From Candidatus Kapaibacterium sp. (lineage in GTDB: Bacteria > Bacteroidota > Ignavibacteria > Kapaibacteriales > UBA2268): a stretch of 64,000 nt of DNA. The stretch lies in contig CALKJQ010000030.1 of the NCBI GenBank assembly GCA_937995785.1, positions 353 to 64,352 on the forward strand. The letters run 5' to 3'. Both the position numbers and the translations under genes were made by a program. How positions within the stretch are numbered: the stretch's first letter is position 1; every line of letters begins with the position of its first letter. Below the pieces are notes generated by a model. It worked only from the letters and a program-made list of their open reading frames with translations. It did no database searches and had not been told where the DNA came from. This document shows positions 58,578-64,000 of this stretch, piece after piece.

Positions 58578-61500
58578 ATGTTTCCAAGTTTATATTATTT
58601 TATTTTTCGGAATAATAGAATAACTAAATTGCTAATACTAATAATACTTGCATTAGCAGTTAAACCACCAATTTCGGCTCAAGTTCAGCAATACGACAAC
58701 GAATATGGATCTTCTCTTTACTTCGAAAGTCAGATGTTGTTCGATAATAAGTTGATTAGGGAGTCGGAACTGAGAATTATCGATTTAATAGATAAATTCC
58801 CCAACAATCCCAGCTATGGAAAAGCAGAGTTACTTAGGGCAAAAATCGATATTATTAGCGGGAATTACGAAGTTTCTAAAAGCACTCTCGAGCAATTTGT
58901 TGAGAAATATCCAAATTCGCCCTTGCAATCTAATGCCCTTTTGCAGATAGCATTGGTTCTGGTTGAACAACAAAAATGGGAACAAGCTCAAAAATATTTC
59001 GAAAAAGCACTAAAACGTATCGATTTCGAAAAAAGAATGCGTAGTGACCGCAACTTTTTTGCAACATTGGAAAGCGAGGCACTTTTTTGGCAGGGTATTT
59101 CGATTTATCAGCAAGGGAGATATTACGAATCAATACCATCGTTCAATCAATTGATTTCAAAATTGCCCAAATCCCATTTGGTTGATGATTCCTACTTTGC
59201 TATGGCACTTGTTTACGAAAAAAATATGGAATATGACAGTGCAATAACAAATTATAATATAATAATTAATCAATATCCATATTCAAATTCTGTGCTTTCG
59301 TCGGCAATTCGTTCGGCAAACAACTATATTTTAAGCCGTCGAGCATCGCGGGCTTTGTTCGATTTGGAAAATGCAACTTCTATTTATGGTCATATTCAGG
59401 CAAACGATTCAATCGGAAAATTGTATGAGAAGCAAACCTACTTGAATTACACAATCGACGAGATAAGCTATTTGAAAGGCGAAGCCTATAATATAGTTGG
59501 CAACTACGACCAAGCAATAGCCGAAATGACTGCTTTTTTGGAAACCTATAGCGATACGAAATTGCGAAGCTACTTTCTTTATGGTATTGCTTGGAACTAT
59601 CTTAATAAAAGTCGTTGGGCTGAAGCAATTTCATACTACGAGCAATTAATAGTGGAAGGTAATGCCGATAAAAAAATCATTAGTTTAGCCGAATTTTATC
59701 GCGCCATCGCCATTGCAAAATCAGGCAAAATAGAAGATGCTCAAAAAGAATTGCTCTCGCTTGCATCTCGTAGCGATTATCCTTATATCGGAATGGCACT
59801 GCTCGAAGTAGCACAAATTAATTATAATTCAGAGAACTACAACGAAGCTCGTAAGAACCTGATCCGTGCCGAAAAAGAAACCAATTCGGGGAGGATATCG
59901 GCAAGAATACATTTACTTTTGGGTGCCACCTATGTGCAGCTCAAAAACTATGATGCCGCATTGTTCGAATTCGACAAGGTATCTACCATAGTTCAGAACA
60001 GTAATATTTTGTTTTTCCCCGAAAAAAAAATCTTTAGCTCCGAAATACTTTACCGTAGAGCAATATGCTATATTCAAATGAATAGATACAAACAAGCAAT
60101 AATAAATTTAAACCAATTTATTGCAGAAAAACCAAAAGGCGAAAAGCTCTCGGAAGCCCTTTTCTGGTTAGCCGAAAGTTACTATCGTTCCGATTTATTG
60201 AAAAATGCACAAGAAACATATACAAATTTGACAGAACAATTCCCAAATTATCGTCGAGAGGAGGTATTGTATGGTTTAGGATGGTCTTATTTCAGGGACA
60301 AGAATTTTAAAAAATCAATAGATTATTTTGGAATATTAACAACTGAATTTCCTAAATCGAAGTTTTCGGTGGAAGCATTAGCTCGTTTAGGAGATGGATT
60401 TTATTTAGAAAAAAATTACACCAAGGCATCGGAATACTACGATAAAGCGGCAAAACTCAATCCCAAAAGCGACGAAGGACAATATGCTGCATATCAATTA
60501 TGTCACGCATTGTATCGCAACAATCAGTATTCGCGAGCGTTGTCGGCGTTGTTGGATTTTGTTGGAAAATATCCCAGTTCTTCTTTTGCACCGCACGCCG
60601 TTTATTTAATGGGGTGGATTAAGTTTAGTCAAAAAGAATATACCGATGCAATAAATAATTATTCTTATCTTATCGAAGCCTATCCTCAAAGCAATTTAGT
60701 CCCACGGGCTTATTATTCAATAGGGGATACCTATTTTAATCAAGGGAACTACGAAAAAGCAATATCATTTTATCGCAAAGTAGTGGAATTATTCCCAAGC
60801 GACCCACTCGCCCCCGAGGCATTAAAAAGCACCCAATATTGTTATGTAGCTTTGGGACGTTCAGAAGAAGCTATTGCATTAGCCGACCAATATATCCAAT
60901 CCAATCCCAACTCTCCCGTAATCGAAGAATTTTCGTTCAAAAAAGCAGAAATGTTCTACACAGGTCAAAAATTTAATGATGCTATCACCGAATATCAAAA
61001 ATTTTTGGAAAAGCACCCCAATAGCGAATTCAATCCGGAGGCTATGTTCTGGATGGCTCGTAGTTACCAAAATTTAAACGAAATTGATAATGCTATCGCC
61101 ACTTTAAAGCAATTGGCAAAAAAATATCCCAAAAGTGATTATGCACCACGAGCAATGATAGAAGCCGCACAATTACTTCGGGACAGAACATTTTTGATGG
61201 AGGCTGATTCAATTTATCAATCTGTTATAAACAATTATCCAAACACCGATTTCGCCGCACAATCAATTTACCGACGCGGCGACATATCGCTTGCCTTTGG
61301 CGATACGCTCAGAACATTGGATTTTTATAGGGAGGTAGCTGATAAATATCCAACCAATCCCTATGGATTGAGTGCTCGATATAGGCTTGGAATGTATTAC
61401 CGCAACACAGGCAAAACCGATTTGGCGCTCAAAGAATTCGAGGTGCTTGCTTCACTATCCGAAGATTCCGAACTTGCCGCCGAGTCGCAGTATCGCGTTG

Positions 61501-61754
61501 GCGAATTATATTTAAAATTGATGAAATACGACGATGCTATTAATGCATTCAATGTTGTGAAAGATAAATACTCCACAATTGAAGTTTGGTTTCCGCTTTC
61601 TTTGTTATCTTTGGGCGAAACTTACGAGAAAAAAGAAGATTTTGCAAAAGCCATAGATACCTATAAAGGGTTAATTGCTATCAATCCCGACGACGATTAT
61701 TCCAAAACAGCAAGGACAAGATTAAAGAATTTAACTAAAAAACTTGAGAGATAA
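58578..61754 (+). CDS. Large periplasmic/outer-membrane-associated tetratricopeptide-repeat protein (multiple YbgF/BamD-like TPR units)
   Basis: It has a signal peptide ending ISAQ. Repeated units of the form F.(E/K)(K/Y)P.S....A.(Y/F)..(G/A) run throughout, for example FVEKYPNSPLQSNA, TTEFPKSKFSVEAL, VGKYPSSSFAPHAV, IEAYPQSNLVPRAY and AKKYPKSDYAPRAM. Confidence 0.75.
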   Translation: MFPSLYYFIFRNNRITKLLILIILALAVKPPISAQVQQYDNEYGSSLYFESQMLFDNKLIRESELRIIDLIDKFPNNPSYGKAELLRAKIDIISGNYEVSKSTLEQFVEKYPNSPLQSNALLQIALVLVEQQKWEQAQKYFEKALKRIDFEKRMRSDRNFFATLESEALFWQGISIYQQGRYYESIPSFNQLISKLPKSHLVDDSYFAMALVYEKNMEYDSAITNYNIIINQYPYSNSVLSSAIRSANNYILSRRASRALFDLENATSIYGHIQANDSIGKLYEKQTYLNYTIDEISYLKGEAYNIVGNYDQAIAEMTAFLETYSDTKLRSYFLYGIAWNYLNKSRWAEAISYYEQLIVEGNADKKIISLAEFYRAIAIAKSGKIEDAQKELLSLASRSDYPYIGMALLEVAQINYNSENYNEARKNLIRAEKETNSGRISARIHLLLGATYVQLKNYDAALFEFDKVSTIVQNSNILFFPEKKIFSSEILYRRAICYIQMNRYKQAIINLNQFIAEKPKGEKLSEALFWLAESYYRSDLLKNAQETYTNLTEQFPNYRREEVLYGLGWSYFRDKNFKKSIDYFGILTTEFPKSKFSVEALARLGDGFYLEKNYTKASEYYDKAAKLNPKSDEGQYAAYQLCHALYRNNQYSRALSALLDFVGKYPSSSFAPHAVYLMGWIKFSQKEYTDAINNYSYLIEAYPQSNLVPRAYYSIGDTYFNQGNYEKAISFYRKVVELFPSDPLAPEALKSTQYCYVALGRSEEAIALADQYIQSNPNSPVIEEFSFKKAEMFYTGQKFNDAITEYQKFLEKHPNSEFNPEAMFWMARSYQNLNEIDNAIATLKQLAKKYPKSDYAPRAMIEAAQLLRDRTFLMEADSIYQSVINNYPNTDFAAQSIYRRGDISLAFGDTLRTLDFYREVADKYPTNPYGLSARYRLGMYYRNTGKTDLALKEFEVLASLSEDSELAAESQYRVGELYLKLMKYDDAINAFNVVKDKYSTIEVWFPLSLLSLGETYEKKEDFAKAIDTYKGLIAINPDDDYSKTARTRLKNLTKKLER

Positions 61755-61769
61755 TTGGAGAAATTAAAG

Positions 61770-63389
61770 ATGAAAAGTAAGTATTTAACAATAGTTATAG
61801 CAGTTATTTTAAGTTGGAATTCAGTTTATTCTCAAAATCAAAAAACAGAGAATGCTCCCCAGCAACAACCTCCGATAGAATTAATGAGATTGATGATAGA
61901 AGGAGTGGAGCGGGTGAACGTAAAAGCTGGCTCCAAACAAATGCCGTCGCCACAAACGAAGTTGTCGGCAGGGGAATTAGACTCTTTAAATCCATTGGAA
62001 AAACAACCATCGTTATTAATACCACCTCCACAACTTCCCAAAGCATTGTCTTTTCCGGTTATTCCAAATGCATTTGTCCAAGCCGATTTTGGTTTGTTCA
62101 GCACATTCGATATTTTTGCTGGTTATCGATACAATATGGAAGGTTATGAACTCTATGGGAAAGTTGGATTGGAAGGTAGCCAAGGGGATTTGAAAAATTC
62201 TGAATATACAAAGTTTAATTTAAATATAAATTCTGATTACATTGCACCTGACTATTTTTGGATTTTTGGCGGTAGTAGAACAAGAACTAAATTGACGGGT
62301 AATTTGCAGAACTATAAGTTGTATGGCACAGATTCAGCCAACAAGAGAGAGGCTGTCGATTTGGATTTATCATTGGAAAGTAAGGGAAATTTCGAAGGTA
62401 TCGTTTTTAGTACGGGAGGTTCGATTTCCACTCTTCAATTATCCGATAAAGATTCTAAATTCTTCGAAAATCGTATTAGTGGATTTCTGAAAGCAAACAA
62501 AATGTTCGACCACTATTCATTGGGTGCTCTCATCGATTTGAATTTTGGAAATTGGAGTGGAAAACCCTTGAGCATACACCAAATAACAGGACGAGGGGAA
62601 CTATATTACGAAAGAATGACATTAGAAGGCGAAATTGGTCATCAGTTTGCATCCAATTCCAAAGAAGAAATTCAATCAATGCCAACTCTTCGTTTGGGGT
62701 TGAGTTACCTGCCAAATCTCGATTTTAGTATTCGAGCAGAATTCTATACAGGATTGGACAAAACATTTGCAAAAGATTTTTATCATCGAAATCCTTATTT
62801 CGATTTTAATTCTCCGATAATATTCCCTCGTGCAAGTGCGATAATCAAAGGGATTGTAACTTATGCTCCCGATGTAAGGAAATCCGCAACAATTTCGGCA
62901 TCATTGAACTTTTACGAAAATTACCCCGTTTTCAATTCGATTATTGAAGGTATTCGCCGAAACGAAATTGAGTTATTATTCGAAACAGCCAATATTATCA
63001 AACTTTCGGTGGAAGGATTTTGGGAATTTGCCGACAACAACTCGATTAATTTATTATTAGGTACCAACATTGCAATGATGGATTACCAAAGTAATTCGGT
63101 GCCCTATATGCCAAAGTTGCACTCAACAATTAGTTACAGAATTAAATTTCTTGAAAAATTATCAACAGAAATAGGAATTATTTATAATTCTTCGAGATAT
63201 GCCGATAAGAATAACAAAAATGAGTTAAATTCGTATTTTAATTTATTTGCAAAATTAGAATATCAATTGATTGACAATTTAGCAATTAGAGTTGAAATGA
63301 ATAATTTAACCGGTAACGATAATTTCTTGTGGAAAGCTTATCGGGAATACGGATTATACGGGAAAATTGGTGTTTTGTGGCAATTCTAA
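61770..63389 (+). CDS. Hypothetical outer-membrane beta-barrel protein
   Basis: It has a signal peptide (KYLTIVIAVILSWNSVYSQ) and alternating amphipathic beta-strand patterns. The C-terminal beta-signal YGKIGVLWQF ends in Phe. A GGAG sequence lies 9 nt before the ATG at 61770, which is 15 nt after the TPR gene stop. Confidence 0.6.
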   Translation: MKSKYLTIVIAVILSWNSVYSQNQKTENAPQQQPPIELMRLMIEGVERVNVKAGSKQMPSPQTKLSAGELDSLNPLEKQPSLLIPPPQLPKALSFPVIPNAFVQADFGLFSTFDIFAGYRYNMEGYELYGKVGLEGSQGDLKNSEYTKFNLNINSDYIAPDYFWIFGGSRTRTKLTGNLQNYKLYGTDSANKREAVDLDLSLESKGNFEGIVFSTGGSISTLQLSDKDSKFFENRISGFLKANKMFDHYSLGALIDLNFGNWSGKPLSIHQITGRGELYYERMTLEGEIGHQFASNSKEEIQSMPTLRLGLSYLPNLDFSIRAEFYTGLDKTFAKDFYHRNPYFDFNSPIIFPRASAIIKGIVTYAPDVRKSATISASLNFYENYPVFNSIIEGIRRNEIELLFETANIIKLSVEGFWEFADNNSINLLLGTNIAMMDYQSNSVPYMPKLHSTISYRIKFLEKLSTEIGIIYNSSRYADKNNKNELNSYFNLFAKLEYQLIDNLAIRVEMNNLTGNDNFLWKAYREYGLYGKIGVLWQF

Positions 63390-63400
63390 ACTGAGAATTG

Positions 63401-64000
63401 ATGAAGATTTTTAATGAAATACGACCTGAAGAAATTGAAAGTGGCTTCCAACAGCCAGAACCTGGATATGAAGGTTTTATTTTAAAACCGACGGATCCTT
63501 ATCCAGGGGATTATCCAAGATATCAAGAGCCATTACCTACCGAAACGATAACAGAGGAAATCCCTGAAGTTTCCGAAGGTATAATCGATGCTGCCAATTT
63601 AGAAGGTGATATTTGGGGTGCGTTCGACGAAGAGCCTTCTTTGCCAAACCAAGAGGCACATCCCGAGGAACCCACACAAACCCCCGACGAAAAATCAGTT
63701 GATATTGAATCAGAACCAGATATTGAACTTGAACCAAATATTGAACAAGTAGAAACTGATATCGAGCAATTAGTTGCCGAGAATCAATTTGATGAAGCTG
63801 CAGATATTGCTACAATTGACACTGCTGTTCCAAAAACTGAAACCCAAAAAGAACCGAGTTCGCTATCGGTTGACGAAGAACTAAAAAAACTTTTGGAAGA
63901 AGAATTAGCCCGAAGTGCCGAAAAGAAAGCAAAGAAAGAAGCCCAATCTAATTCCGAAATTACGGAAATACCTATCGAACAACAAGAAAAACCCCAATTT
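63401..64000 (+). CDS. Hypothetical highly acidic, low-complexity protein (5' part; runs off the window end)
   Basis: A frame opens at the ATG at 63401 and stays open for 200 codons to the window end; it is not in the ORF track. It reads MKIFNEIRPEEIE...DIESEPDIELEPNIEQVETDIEQL... It is rich in E, D and P and has no signal peptide. Confidence 0.5.
   Translation, partial: MKIFNEIRPEEIESGFQQPEPGYEGFILKPTDPYPGDYPRYQEPLPTETITEEIPEVSEGIIDAANLEGDIWGAFDEEPSLPNQEAHPEEPTQTPDEKSVDIESEPDIELEPNIEQVETDIEQLVAENQFDEAADIATIDTAVPKTETQKEPSSLSVDEELKKLLEEELARSAEKKAKKEAQSNSEITEIPIEQQEKPQF

Overview
This is a gene-dense, AT-rich bacterial chromosomal window with about 46 protein genes, one tRNA, and no rRNA, CRISPR array, transposase, integrase or prophage signal. 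Gene content suggests the FCB superphylum, possibly Ignavibacteriota-like. The basis is a SusC/SusD pair, three secreted proteins with T9SS-type C-terminal sorting domains, a CheW gene and multihaem cytochromes; this placement is inference only. Housekeeping blocks are nusA-infB-rbfA-truB-ribF joined to iorAB (884-9688, minus strand), purA, queA-metG, and tRNA-Val(GAC). Accessory content includes a 1412-aa S8 peptidase with FG-GAP repeats, a SusC/SusD pair with no enzymes or regulator nearby, and an orphan CheW. It also includes a TonB-dependent receptor, a tandem-HD phosphohydrolase divergent from a receiver/degenerate HD-GYP protein, and a TetR-TolC-MFP-RND efflux operon divergent from khtTU-like K+/H+ antiporter genes. 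Further along are a CAP-domain T9SS protein divergent from an operon of an FG-GAP protein, an orphan OmpR regulator and DUF3108, and a TPR, beta-barrel and acidic protein cluster. The most system-like candidate is a tightly packed five-gene minus-strand operon at 47972-52511. It encodes MarR, an octahaem c-type cytochrome, a cytochrome b, and two YeeE/YedE permease halves, the second fused to a Cys-less rhodanese domain. It ends in a textbook intrinsic terminator. I interpret it as a quinol-linked periplasmic reductase coupled to uptake of a sulfur or selenium oxyanion product. All functional calls rest on motifs read by eye from the translations; no database search was run.
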